A stretch of 64,000 nt of DNA, taken from assembly GCA_002269645.1 (NCBI GenBank), contig NIVC01002032.1:1-64000 (forward strand), given 5' to 3'. The translations under genes and the position numbers were made by a program. The notes under the pieces were generated by a model. It ran no database searches and was not told where the DNA came from. It was given only the letters and a program-made list of their open reading frames with translations. How positions within the stretch are numbered: position 1 is the first letter of the stretch; the number at the start of each line of letters is the position of its first letter. This stretch comes from Macrostomum lignano (taxonomy: Eukaryota). This document shows, one piece after another, positions 33,805 through 48,600 of the stretch.

Positions 33805-34930
33805 GAGACCTGATGCTGGGAGCTAATGACCTGATGCTGGGAACTAATGACCTGGACAGGGAGCTAATGACCTGATGCTGGGAGCTAATGACCTGATGCT
33901 GGGAGCTAATGACCTGATGCTGGGAGCTAATGACCTGATGCTGGGAGCTAATGACCTGATGCTGGGAGCTAATGACCTGATGCTGGGAGCTAATGACCTG
34001 ATGCTGGGAGCTAATGACCTGATGCTGGGAACTAATGACCTGGACAGGGAGCTAATAACCTGATGCTGGGAGCTAATGACCTGATGCTGGGAGCTAATGA
34101 CCTGATGCTGGGAGCTAATGACCTGATGCTGGGAGCTAATGACCTGATGCTGGGAGCTAATGACCTGATGCTGGGAGCTAATGGCCTGATGCTGGGAGCT
34201 AATGACCTGGACAGGGAGCTAATGACCTGATGCTGGGAGCTAATGACCTGGACAGGGAGCTAATGACCTGATGCTGGGAACTAATGGCCTGATGCTGGGA
34301 GCTAATGACCTGATGCTGGGAGCTAATGACCTGGACAGGGAGCTAATGACCTGATGCTGGGAGCTAATGACCTGATGCTGGGAGCTAATGACCTGATGCT
34401 GGGAGCTAATGACCTGGACAGGGAGCTAATGACCTGATGCTGGGAGCTAATGACCTGATGCTGGGAGCTAATGGCCTGATGCTGGGAGCTAACGACCTGA
34501 TGCTGGGAGCGAATGGCCTGATGCTGGGAGCTAATGGCCTGATCCTGGGAGCTAATGACCTGATGCTGGGAGCTAATGACCTGATGCTGGGAGCTAATGG
34601 CCTGATGCTGGGAGCTAATGACCTGATGCTGGGAGCTAATGGCCTGATGCTGGGAGCTAATGACCTGGACAGGGAGCTAATGACCTGGACAGGGAGCTAA
34701 TGGCCTGATGCTGGGAGCTAATGACCTGATGCTGGGAGCTAATGGCCTGATGCTGGGAGCTAATGACCTGGACAGGGAGCTAATGACCTGATGCTGGGAG
34801 CGAATGGCCTGATGCTGGGAGCTAATGACCTGATGCTGGGAGCTAATGGCCTGATGCTGGGAGCTAATGACCTGATGCTGGGAGCTAATGACCCGGACAG
34901 GGAGCTAATGACCTGGACAGGGAGCTAATG
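33805..34930. repeat. 21-bp minisatellite (GACCTGATGCTGGGAGCTAAT)n upstream of MAP3K1
   Basis: Direct reading. Confidence 0.97.
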
Positions 34931-35719
34931 ACCCTATCTCCCTTTCTGCACCCCTAGCGGTGAATGCTGTATTTCTAACATTGTCAATTGTCACAAAGAA
35001 GCAAAGATAAGATGCGACGGCACAATGGCAAGCCGCTCACTTATGATTAATAACAGACGGTATGTTTATTGCGTTCATTTACTAATAATAATTTAGTTTT
35101 GCACACAAAACAGACAATAGTGATACTATTAATAATATTTAATTTCACACGAATATGTATATATAAATATATAATAGATAATAAAAAGGAAAATGTGTAT
35201 CCTAGGCTTGCGGTGTGCAGTTCATTACTCCAGCTGGCTAGGTGTATAATTGAAACGCAACTAACAAAAAACCCGCTTCTGACACGGTTGTAGTAAGCAT
35301 ATATGCACAGACTAAAGAGGAAAAAAACAAAAGTTCACTACATCCTACTCACAGACAGTAGTTGTAGTAGTATGATTAAAAAAAGCAAACAGAGCAATTA
35401 AATGTACTTTTGACGAATTGTAAAATGACACAATTGTTTGATGGTATAATAACTCATTATAGTCTTATAAAATAAATTAATTACATTTTATACAGGTATC
35501 TTGTTACAACAAAAACAATTGCTATTCCGATTCAAAAACTAGCATGCAAATTATAAAATTTATATGTACTGCATAGGCCATTGGGCTTAACAAGAAACAA
35601 ATTTATGCAAGTACCAAACCAAATTACCAAACCAGATAAAAAATCAATATAGGATTTTTATTGCTGAGATACAATCTAATGTTAAGACTGATCGTACTGC
35701 ACTGGCATGAGAGAAGAGC

Positions 35720-35820
35720 CGATATACAGACAGACACACAGACAGACAGACTGACTGACTGACAGACAACCAGACAGACAGACTGACTGACTGACAGACA
35801 ACCAGACAGACAGACAGACT

Positions 35821-35876
<56 letters not shown>

Positions 35877-35989
35877 CAGACAGACAGATCGGCAGACAAC
35901 CAGACAGACAGACAGGGACAGACAGACAGATAAACACAGACAGACAATCAGACAGACAGACAGACAGACATACATACAGACAGACAACC

Positions 35990-36026
<37 letters not shown>

Positions 36027-36049
36027 CAGACAGACAACCAGACAGACAT

Positions 36050-36080
<31 letters not shown>

Positions 36081-36170
36081 CAGACAGACAGAAAGACACA
36101 AACACACACAGACACAGACAGACAGAAAGACACAAACACACACAGACACAGACACACAAAACAGACAGAC

Positions 36171-36215
<45 letters not shown>

Positions 36216-36265
36216 TAGACAGAAAAACACACAAACGCACACAGACACAGACAGACACACAGACA
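35720..36265. repeat. Degenerate (GACA)n
   Basis: Direct reading. Confidence 0.93.
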
Positions 36266-37274
36266 GAAGTAAACATAATTTCAAACTTATTAACCGTGAA
36301 ACACACCATTTGAATCAGAATGAAGAAGTCAGTTATAAGAAGTACCAGTCGTTATGCGGTTAGACAGAAATAGCAGCAGTTTAACAGACCCCAAACTTAC
36401 TATAAGTAGTACATTTTGAAAGGATGGGAAAAACCGATTTAAATATACAGATAAAATTGTAAATTTTCAAAACAGAAAAAGCGGCTGGCTGATATTTTAA
36501 AAGATTTCTACTGGTGCTCCAGTAGTGGACTCGCGCTACACATAGTACTACTAGTATAGCATGGATAATGGCAGTAGTATAATATGCAAAACAATATAAT
36601 AAAACATCAAAAGGCTGATTAACTAGGCGATTTCAAACGCAAAAAACAGCAAAACACACTAATAGCAAAGTACAGAGCAAACTTAGAAAGAGCTGCCAAC
36701 AAAAAATTGAGATATTTATGCATCATAATGTATCATTTATATAGAATTTAATTTAAGCAAATTAAGCATTATAAAGCAGGATTCAAGGAGAAGCTGGGTG
36801 CTATACTGGTTATTAGTGATCAGGTTTTCATTTTAAACAAAGAAGCAAGCAGCAAGGAGGCAGAAAAAGCAGCAGAAATAGGAACAATCAAAGCTGCAAA
36901 TCGTTATAAATAAAGCATCATTAACGTGCCATTTCTTTGCTATGGGTAAAATTTTACAACGCCAGCTAGCGTTTGATACTACTGGCAACAGTAGCAATTT
37001 AAAATTAAGTGTGCAGACTAACTTAGTAGATAAAAGACAACACACGGAGACACATTTAATTAGACAGAGAACGCTAACGAGATTATAAAAAATTTGATTA
37101 TAAATTGATAGATAGATAGAAATACACAGGTGTAAAAATATACATCAAAACATGAGACTATATGCATACTAACAATAAAAGTGTGAATTATTTCTATTAT
37201 TCACTTACTGCCTCTTTTTCTGCTGGCAAATGACGACAGCTGCTGCTAAACTGGCGTGATGATGTAATCATTTA

Positions 37275-38090
37275 AAATGTACATCATACATTAACGTCAA
37301 TCAATGTACATCACACATATTAATGTCAATCAATGTACATCACACATATTAATGTCAATAAATGTACATCACACATATTAATGTCAATGTACATCACACA
37401 TCAATGTCAATCAATGTACATCACACATATTAATGTCAATGTACATCATACACTAATGTCAATCAATGTACATCACACATCAATGTCAAACAATGTACAT
37501 AACACATATTAATGTCAATCAATGTACATCACACATATTAACGTCAATGTACATCATACATCAATGTCAATCAATGTACATCACACATATTAATGTCAAT
37601 CAATGTACATCACACATCAATGTCAATCAATGTACATCACACATAAATGTCAATCAATGTACATCACACATATTAATGTCAATCAATGTACATCAAACAC
37701 ATTAATGTCAATGTACATCATACACTGATGTCAATCAATGTACATCACACATATTAATGTCAATCAATGTACATCACACACATTAATGTCAATGTACATC
37801 ATACACTGATGTCAATCAATGTACATCACACATAAATGTCAATCAATGTACATCATACATCAATGTCAATCAATGTACATCACACATTATGTCAATCAAT
37901 GTACATCACACATAAATGTCAATCAATGTACATCACACATAAATGTCAATCCATGTACATCATACATCAATGTCAATCAATGTACATCACACATCAATGT
38001 CAATCAATGTACATCACACATAAATGTCAATCCATGTACATCATACATCAATGCCAATAAACGTACATCGCACATAAATGTCAATCAATG
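37275..38090. repeat. 27-29-bp AT-rich minisatellite (ATGTCAATCAATGTACATCACACATATTA)n downstream of the ZMYND11 stop
   Basis: Direct reading. Confidence 0.93.
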
Positions 38091-38191
38091 TACATTATAT
38101 ATACAAATTCTTACGGTTGCACTGTATCCCACATATCCCTAACTCAGCAATTACATGAAAATCAGATCGCTGACCGGACCAGTGCCCCAAT

Positions 38192-41100
38192 TCAACGCTT
38201 CCGTCGGCAGACCCGTTTGTGCTCCTTGTGCCAGTGGTCCTGCTGGCACTTGATGCTGCAGTAGGAAGTGTTCCAACAGCAATGGTACATGGCCTCTTCT
38301 AGGCAATTGTAGCACCATTGCCTGCGCTTAGTGTTAGCAATGGCCTCTCTGTGCTGGTGCATGATGTTCTCTAGTTCGCGCTGGAATTCGCCGCGCAAAT
38401 CCGCCTCGGATTTGTCCAGCTCAGCTTTAGTCTGCGCCTCCGCTTGCATACGAGCTGCCGTGACCGCCTCCTCCAGCTTCTTGCGCTCGGCGGCCAGAGC
38501 TTCTTCGAATACGTTGGCGTCCAGGGTGGAGGCTTGCACGGATCTGTTGGGGGGGGGAAGAGGGGATGAGCTGTATGCATATGCTGGCTAATAATCGGGA
38601 CTGTGTCGGGACTGTTATCGGGACTATTATCAGGACTTCTGTCGGGACCATTATTGGGACTTATGTTGGGACCATTACTATCGGGACTATTATCAAGATT
38701 TCTGTCGGGGCCATTATCCAGACTTATATCAGGACCATTATTGGGACTTATGTCGGGACCATTATCAGGACCATTCTCGGGACCATCAGGAACATTATCG
38801 GGACTGTTATCATGACTATTATCGGGACCAATGTCGGGACTATTATCAGGACTGCTATCAGGACTTCTGTCGGGACCTTTACCCGGACTCATATCAGGAC
38901 CATTATTGGGACTTTTGTCGAGGCTGATATCGGGAATATTTTTGGGACTTATGTTAATTCAAGACTTATGTTGGGACCATTATGTCGAGACTATTTTCGG
39001 GACTTATGTCGGGATTATTACTGAGGATTATGTCGGGACTAAACAAAAGTGCAAAAGCCTATCTCACCTGTGCACCATCTTCACCGGGCTCGGGGTACGC
39101 AAAGCGGCTCCGCCAGCCCCGGCCGAAGCGGCCGCAGAGGCGCCGCCACCGCCAGCAGAATGATGCGGCTGCTGCTGCTGATGATGCTGGCCGGGCTGCG
39201 GCGGCTGCGTTTGGCCCGACGACTGATGCTGCTGCTGATGGTGCTGCTGCTGACGCGGCTCAACGATGCTCGACGTTACAGCGCAGGTTGAACCGGGCGA
39301 GGAGCTGGCGCTGGAGTCCGTGCTGCTCAAATCCAAACGCTTGCGCTGGCGCTGCTGCTGCTGAGTTGGTGGCGGCTTCTTCTGCTGCTGCTGCTTGCTC
39401 TGCTTGGCAGCAGCGCCCGCGGCAGCCGATCGTCGAGACGAAGTTGCGGTGGATGCGGACGCCGTTGGAGACGCCATGATGGCGGCGCCGACCCCGCCGG
39501 TGGCAACGGTGATGGCGCCGCTGCCGCTGCTACCGGCGCCGCGGCGAAGCTTCGACGAGGCTGCGGAAGCGGTTGAGGCGGCGGCGGCGGAGGCTGAAGA
39601 GGCTGTCGGCGCTGAGCGTCGGCTCGACGTCGCTGTAGCAGCCGGCGCCGCCGCCTTCTTGGCGCCAGTAGCGGCAGTGGACACGCTAGACGGCGCCGCA
39701 GGTGTAGCCGGCTTCTTCCTCGTGGCCTTCCCGCTGGCCACGCTGCTTCCAGCGCCGACGCCGGTGCCGCTCCTGCCGCTGCCGGTTGGACTCAGGCCCA
39801 CCCGGATGCGCCATTCGTCGCGAGACTCAGACGATTCCGAATCGGCGTCCGGCATTGCCTCGTTTTTGGCCGATGTCGCAGCTGCGGCTGCGGCGGCGGC
39901 GGCGGTGGCAGTTATGGAGTTCTCGTCGTCCATATCGTCATCGTCCTCGGCATCGGATTCCGACGTTGTTCCCGACGCGGCGGCGGCTCGACGACGCTTC
40001 GAGGCCGGTTTCTTTTTCTTATTTTTCTGCTTCGACTTGCTAGCAGAGTTTGCCCCCGTCGCCGGAGGTCGACGCGTCGGCGACAAGCCGGAGGACGAGC
40101 CGGCAGCTACGCCGGATGATGGCGAAGTCAGCGCCGCCTTCTTGGCTCCGGTAGCGTCGACAGCCGACGAGGGGCGGCGCTTCCTAGCAGCGGAGCCGCC
40201 GCTGCCGGCGCCACCAGCCGCGGCCAGGATGTACAGCTCATCCGACCAATCGTCATCGCTAGGCGGCATGTCGGAGTCGCCGCTGCTGCTAGTGTAGTAG
40301 CCTTCGCCTACCAGCTTCTGAAGCTTCTGCACTTCGTTCAGGGCCCGTTGGAATGCCGGTGTCCGGCGAACGCCCAGCTCATCGGGCGGGATGTCGTACG
40401 GCCTGGTGCTCTCCTTGGTGACCGCGGCGCGCTCGTGGTAGCTGCCGAAGAATCGAACCTGGAGATTACGAGGTTGTTTAAGATTCGAACAGCATCTGAA
40501 GCATCGGGGAGGAGGGGGGGCAGCCGCACAAGCATCGGAGATGGGCAGCCACACACTGAAGCATCGGGGGGGGGGGCAGTCACACACTGAAGCATCGGGG
40601 GGCAGCCGCACACTGAAGCATCGGGGGGGGGGGCAGCCGCACACTGAAGCATCGGGGGGGGGGGGCAGCCGCACACTGAAGCATCGGGGGGGGGCAGCCG
40701 CACACTGAAGCATCGGGGGGGGGGGGGCAGCAGCACACTGAAGCATCGGGGAGGGGCAGCCACTGAAGCATCGGGGGGGGGGGGGGGGGGGGGCAGCCAC
40801 TGAAGCATTGGGGGGGGGGGCAGCAGCACACTGAAGAATCTGGGGGGGGGGGGGCAGCAGCACACTGAAGCAAAGGCCAGTCCGAACCTCATAAGTGGTG
40901 TCTTTCTCCTCCAGCACTTTGGCCGGCCAGAACGGGAAGCCTTTAAGCTTGGCCCAGACCAGCTCGTGGGCCGGCCGGCAAGGCTTGCTAACCCATTCGG
41001 ACGGCCGGGCCTTGGCGTTAATGTAGCAGTTGGTGCACAATCGAATCTCGTAGATTTCCACTTCAATTTCTCTGAGCAGTACGCGAGCAAGGTCGGCCAT

Positions 41101-43564
41101 GTTGCTGAGGTCGCCGTACATGACGCACACGTCGTGAAGCAGGGTGTTCACGTCTACTAAGAACGACTCCAGCGACCTGGGTTGGTTTATTAGAAATTAT
41201 TTCCGGGTCAGGCCAAAAACTGATTACTAAGTCAGACTATGAAAAAATAGCTATGATATTTGCAGGCAGGACTGTGAAGTATAAACGTTAAAACCGACAC
41301 TAGGATAGACACACTAGGACAGGCTCTAAGACACACACTAGGACAGGCTCTAAGACACACACTAGGACAGGCTCTAAGACACACACTAGGACAGGCACTA
41401 GGACACACACTAGGACAGGCTCTAAGACACACACGTCACACACTAGGACAGGCTCCAAGACACACACTAGGACAGGCTCTAAGACACACACTAGGACAGG
41501 CTCTAAGACACACACTAGGACAGGCTCTAAGACACACACTAGGACAGGCTCTAAGACACACACACTAGGACAGGCTCTAAGACACACACTAGGACAGGCT
41601 CTAAGACACACACTAGGACAGGCTCTAAGACACATACTAGGACAGGCACTAAGACACACACTAGGACAGGCTCTAAGACACACACTAGGACAGGCACTAA
41701 GACACACTAGGACAGGCTCTAAGACACACACTAGGACAGGCTCTAAGACACATACTAGGACAGGCACTAAGACACACACTAGGACAGGCTCTAAGACACA
41801 CACTAGGACAGGCACTAGGACACACACTAGGACAGGCACTAGGACACACACTAGGACAGGCTCTAAGACACATACTAGGACAGGCACTAAGACACACACT
41901 AGGACAGGCTCTAAGACACATACTAGGACAGGCACTAAGACACACACTAGGACAGGCACTAAGACACACTAGGACAGGCTCTAAGACACACACTAGGACA
42001 GGCTCTAAGACACATACTAGGACAGGCACTAAGACACACACTAGGACAGGCTCTAAGACACACACTAGGACAGGCTCTAAGACACACTAGGACAGGCACT
42101 AGGACACACACTAGGACAGGCACTAGGACACACACTAGGACAGGCTCTAAGACACACACGTCACACACTAGGACAGGCTCCAGGACACACACTAGGACAG
42201 GCTCTAAGACACACACTAGGACAGGCTCTAAGACACACACACTAGGACAGGCTCTAAGACACACACTAGGACAGGCTCTAAGACACACACTAGGACAGGC
42301 TCTAAGACACATACTAGGACAGGCACTAAGACACACACTAGGACAGGCACTAAGACACACTAGGACAGGCTCTAAGACACACACTAGGACAGGCTCTAAG
42401 ACACATACTAGGACAGGCACTAAGACACACACTAGGACAGGCTCTAAGACACACACTAGGACAGGCTCTAAGACACACACTAGGACAGGCACTAAGACAC
42501 ACACTAGGACAGGCTCTAAGACACACACTAGGACAGGCTCTAAGACACACACACTAGGACAGGCTCTAAGACACACACTAGGACAGGCTCTAAGACACAC
42601 ACTAGGACAGGCACTAGGACACACACTAGGACAGGCACTAGGACACACACTAGGACAGGCTCTAAGACACACACGTCACACACTAGGACAGGCTCCAAGA
42701 CCCACACTAGGACAGGCCCTAAGACACACACTAGGACAGGCTCTAAGACACACACACTAGGACAGGCTCAAAGACACACACTAGGACAGGCTCTAAGACA
42801 CACACTAGGACAGGCTCTAAGACACACACTAGGACAGGCTCTGAGACACACACTAGGACAGGCTCAAAGACACACACTAGGACAGGCACAAAAACACACA
42901 CTAGGACAGGCACAAAAACAGACACTTACCTGTATCTGCCATCCTTAATCTTCCTGGAGATGACATTCAAATCCAGGTACTTGAACAGCAGATAGTCATT
43001 CCGACCCTGATCGTCCAGGTAGCCAATTTTGCCTAAATCTTTCCACAATGGCTTGCCCTTAAGCCGGTGGGTGGCGAACTCCAGCAGTTTGCGAATCTGC
43101 TTTCGCTTGTACTCAGCCTTGGAGTTCATCACGCAGGTGGGGCAGAGGAAGACACCCTCAGTCGGCGCGGCTTTGCCAGGCAGACAGGCCGGATGCCAAA
43201 CCCGGAAGCATTCGGTGCACTCGAGCACCTCGCCGGGCTTGTGACACCGGAAGCAATACCAATCGTGCTCAAATCGTTTATCAATTGGCTCTTTAAATTC
43301 TGGAATGCGAACGCCTTCCATAGACTCGCCGGCGCGACTGCCTTTGGCAACTGTCCAAGAGTAGCGCTCCAGTAGGCCATCAGACAGCGCATCATCAATG
43401 TGCTTAGCAGCCTCCTGCTCATTGGCTGACAGCTCCTTCATCACTGCCCGAGTGACCCTATCAAGAGTAGTAGCCTGTTTGTTCACTCGACTACACTCGA
43501 CCATGTTCCACAGCTTCTGCACTACAACAGGGTCGCAGGCGCGACGTACAACCGTTCTGACCAT
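38192..43564 (-). CDS. ZMYND11: ZMYND11/BS69 (N-terminal winged helix, PHD, bromodomain, PWWP, MYND), about 888 aa. Exons 43564-42930, 41176-40888, 40458-39068, 38543-38192
   Basis: The N-terminus [32 protein letters not shown] matches the ZMYND11 start as I recall it. PHD: [32 protein letters not shown]: [17 protein letters not shown]...EVRFFG. MYND: [41 protein letters not shown]. Phases 2/0/2 are consistent. Confidence 0.95.
38590..39040. repeat. 12-bp minisatellite (GGGACTATTATC-like) in ZMYND11 intron 3
   Basis: Direct reading. Confidence 0.88.
40490..40875. repeat. Poly-G minisatellite (GCAGCCGCACACTGAAGCATCG{G}n) in ZMYND11 intron 2
   Basis: About 13 units with long G runs on the plus strand. 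Confidence 0.92.
41300..42925. repeat. 24-bp minisatellite (CTAGGACAGGCTCTAAGACACACA)n filling ZMYND11 intron 1
   Basis: Direct reading. Confidence 0.97.
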
Positions 43565-43819
43565 GGCCGTTCGCTTGCAAGACTAATTATTCTATTTTGA
43601 TTTATTGTCTGATTACGCAAATTCGTGGCAATAAAATTGGCTCCTCTGGGTCTCAAGCTTGGACAATGCGATGCAGAATTGACTGACTGAAATTCAAAAG
43701 TTTATGATTGCTTACTATATACCTTAAAAAAATACTGTCGAATAATGCATGATCAGAACTAAATAATCTTGAAAATTATTTTTTTCAAGATCTAGTTTAA
43801 TAAGCAATCTGTTACTGCC

Positions 43820-44850
<1,031 letters not shown>

Positions 44851-44903
44851 AGTTACAGTAAAGAATCCAGCCCAATGACCCAGGAGCATCAGAGACGGGA
44901 TAA

Positions 44904-44986
44904 AAGCAAGGCTCAGACATCAGGTTTGCGATCAATCACTAAAGTTGATCAGCATTACGTCCCGTTTGTGTCATCACTGCTTGCTT
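44904..44986 (-). ncRNA. C/D-box snoRNA, U82/SNORD82-like (copy between NOP2 stop and ZMYND11 start)
   Basis: Minus strand: AAGCAAG-cag-TGATGA(C)-cacaaacGGGACGTAATG-CTGA(D')-tcaactttag-TGATTGA(C')-tcgcaaacctgatgt-CTGA(D)-gc-CTTGCTT. 7-bp terminal stem. The guide is complementary to the conserved 18S AUUACGUCCC. Confidence 0.85.
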
Positions 44987-45693
44987 CTTAAAACGTTTGT
45001 TTTTAGAGATAAAAGAACCCAGACAATTAGATAGATACAGACAGACAGACAGACAGACAGACCAGCTACCTACTGAGTATAGCTACTCACACTACCAATG
45101 AAATATGCACAGCAAAGTAAAACAACGAAAGCCAACAGATGTCAGCACAGAAACTCTCAATCAAATGGCAGATTATATTTATCGTTCGCGCAAAAATAAC
45201 TTACACAGCTACCATTTTGCAATTGAAACGATCAATCAAATTACTCAATGAACATTTTTGTTTGCTTGTACAGCCGCAAGCAAGTGGAAAAAATAAAACC
45301 GCCATGAATGCACTACTCATTTAGTAGCAATACAAGAAAAAAATGCACCCAGCAATAAAATATGCCGTTGATTTCACTTTTACCGCTAAACTCGCAAAAA
45401 TGGAGGAAATTAATTCCCATTGACTGAATTTTTTGAATAAATTTCAATTTAATCACCCAAAACTCTGGCTCAAAGCTAATGTCTATGGCCGAAACCGGAA
45501 ACCCCAGTTTTCATTGGCTTTAAAATTATGTCAATGGCCGAAACCCGAAGTCTCAGATTTTATTGGCTAAAAAGCTCTTGTCTATGGCCAAAACAGGTTT
45601 CAATCTCAGCGTGTCAGTTTTATAAAAATACTTATAATATCAATTAAATGATTAACCATTAGCAACAGATAGAGTGACTGTCCTATCCAAAAG

Positions 45694-48600
45694 TTACTTA
45701 GCTTCAGCAGTGCCATTCTTCTTCTTGCTATTATTACTACTACTCTTACTACTAACAGCAGTAGGCTTAGCCCCTCCAGCAGCGGATTTAACTAGCTTAG
45801 CAACAAAGAATCCATCCATATTGTGCTGATGCGGCGTGATTCGTCGAGCGGCCGTCATGCTGGGATAAAATTTCTTGTCACGAAACGCCCGAAACGCGGG
45901 CTCGCCAATGACCAGACCGGTTTCAACCAGTTTCAGCTGGCGCTTTCTTAGAGCGTAGTCAACTACGGCCTCGTTCTCTTCAACTAGCACGCTGCAGGTG
46001 CAGTAGACTATGACTCCGCCAGCCTTAGCGGCATCAACACCAGCTAGTAGCAGCTGCTTCTGCAGGTGACTGCACTTTAGCACGTCTTTCTCCTCTTTGT
46101 TAGCCTTCACGGCTGGGTCCTTGGCAATGACTCCGGTGCCCGTACAGGGAGCGTCAACCAGTACCCGATCGAAATTGTGCATCGTTCGAGGGAATTCTCG
46201 ACCGTCACCAACGCACACGACAATGTTATTGAGGCCGTGACGATGCGCATTGCCCACTACAGCCTTAGCTCGCTCTTTGTTGGCTTCGTTTGCCATCACT
46301 AGGCCTGTGTTGCGCATCAGCTCTGCTATGTAGGTGGTCTTGCCGCCCGGGGCTGCGCACAGGTCCAGCACTTTCTCCTGCGGCCTGCGGGTGGGTGATA
46401 ATATAAGATGCTGTACCGTGTATTTTTGAGTTCTGGTTCTTTTTGAGTTCCGTGTCTATTTGAGTTCCGTGTCTTTTTGAGTTCCGTGTCTATTTGAGTT
46501 CCGTGTCGATTTGAGTTCCGTGTCTATTTGAGTTCCGTGTCTATTTGAGTTCCGTGTCGATTTGAGTTCCGTGTCGATTTGAGTTCCGTGTCTGTTTGAG
46601 TTCCGTGTCTATTTGAGTTCCGTGTCTATTTGAGTTCCGTGTCTATTTGAGTTCCGTGTCGATTTGAGTTCCGTGTCTATTTGAGTTCCGTGTCTATTTG
46701 AGTTCCGTGTCTATTTGAGTTCCGTGTCTATTTGAGTTCCGTGTCTATTTGAGTTCCGTGTTTATTTGAGTTCCGTGTCGATTTGAGTTCCGTGTCTATT
46801 TGAGTTCCGTGTCTATTTGAGTTCCGTGTCTATTTGAGTTCCGTGTCTGTTTGAGTTCCGTGTCTATTTGAGTTCCGTGTCTATTTGAGTTCCGTGTCGA
46901 TTTGAGTTCCGTGTCGATTTGAGTTCCGTGTCTGCTTGGGGAGCACGAGATTTGCCCGCCGAGCTTTTCCCGCCGAGAATTGCCCGCCGAGATTTGCCCG
47001 CATGCTTTTTTCTGCAGCGCATTTAACCAGCGGCAGATTTTGTCTGCATTGCCTCCCCAGTGTTTAGTAAGTCTTAATAAAGAGATTTACCCGATCAAAC
47101 GTTTTGATAGTAATTGCATATCAAATGCATCTTTTTTTTTGGGGGGGGGGGCATTGCAGACAGAATCCAGCTGCCAAATGCGCTGCAGGAAAAAACATTG
47201 CCGGCAAAACTCGGCGGGCAGTTCTCATGGACCCGTCTGTTTGAGTCTGAACTCAGACGAATACGGAACTCAAATAGACACGGAACTCAAAAAGACACGG
47301 AACTAAAAAAGACACGGAACTCAAATCGACACGGAACTCAAACAGACACGGAACTCAAAAAGACACGGAACTCAGACGAATACGGAACTCAAATAGACAC
47401 GGAACTCAGACGAATACGGAACTCAAATAGACACGGAACTCAAATAGACACGGAACTCAAATAGACACGGAACTCAAATAGACACGGAACTCAAATAGAC
47501 ACGGAACTCAAATAGACACGGAACTCAAAAAGACATGGAACTCAAATAGACACGGAACTCAAACAGACACGGAACTCAAATAGACACGGAACTCAAATAG
47601 ACACGGAACTCAAATCGACACGGAACTCAAATAGACACGGAGCTCAAAAAGACATGGAACTCAAATAGACACGGAACTCAAATAGACACGGAACTCAAAC
47701 AGACACGGAACTCAAATCGACACGGAACTCAAATAGACACGGAACTCAAATCGACACGGAACTCAAATCGACACGGAACTCAAATAGACACGGAACTCAA
47801 ATAGACACGGAACTCAAATAGACACGGAACTCAAATAGACACGGAACTCAAATAGACACGGAACTCAAATAGACACGGAACTCAAATAGACATGGAACTC
47901 AAATAGACACGGAACTCAAATCGACACGGAACTCAAATAGACACGGAACTCAAAAAGACATGGAACTCAAATAGACACGGAACTCAAACAGACACGGAAC
48001 TCAAACAGACACGGAACTCAAATAGACACGGAACTCAAACAGACACGGAACTCAAATCGACACGGAACTCAAATCGACACGGAACTCAAATAGACACGGA
48101 ACTCAAATCGACACGGAACTCAAATCGACACGGAACTCAAATAGACACGGAACTCAAATAGACACGGAACTCAAATAGACACGGAACTCAAATAGACACG
48201 GAGCTCAAAAAGACATGGAACTCAAATAGACACGGAACTCAAATAGACACGGAACTCAAATAGACACGGAACTCAAATAGACACGGAACTCAAATAGACA
48301 CGGAGCTCAAAAAGACATGGAACTCAAATAGACACGGAACTCAAATAGACACGGAACTCAAAAAGAACCGGAACTCAAATAGACACGGAACTCAAAAAGA
48401 CACGGAACTCAAATAGACACGGAGCTCAAAAAGACATGGAACTCAAATAGACACGGAACTCAAATAGACACGGAACTCAAAAAGAACCGGAACTCAAATA
48501 GACACGGAACTCAAATAGACACGGAACTCAAATAGACACGGAACTCAAATTGACACGGAACTCAAATAGACACGGAACTCAAACAGACACGGAACTCAAA

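Noticed and set aside
45690-45700. NOP2 C-terminal extension through a donor at AA|GTAACT overlapping the stop
   Set aside because: No convincing downstream coding exon, and an AATAAA lies about 130 nt after the stop. Kept only as a minor alternative.
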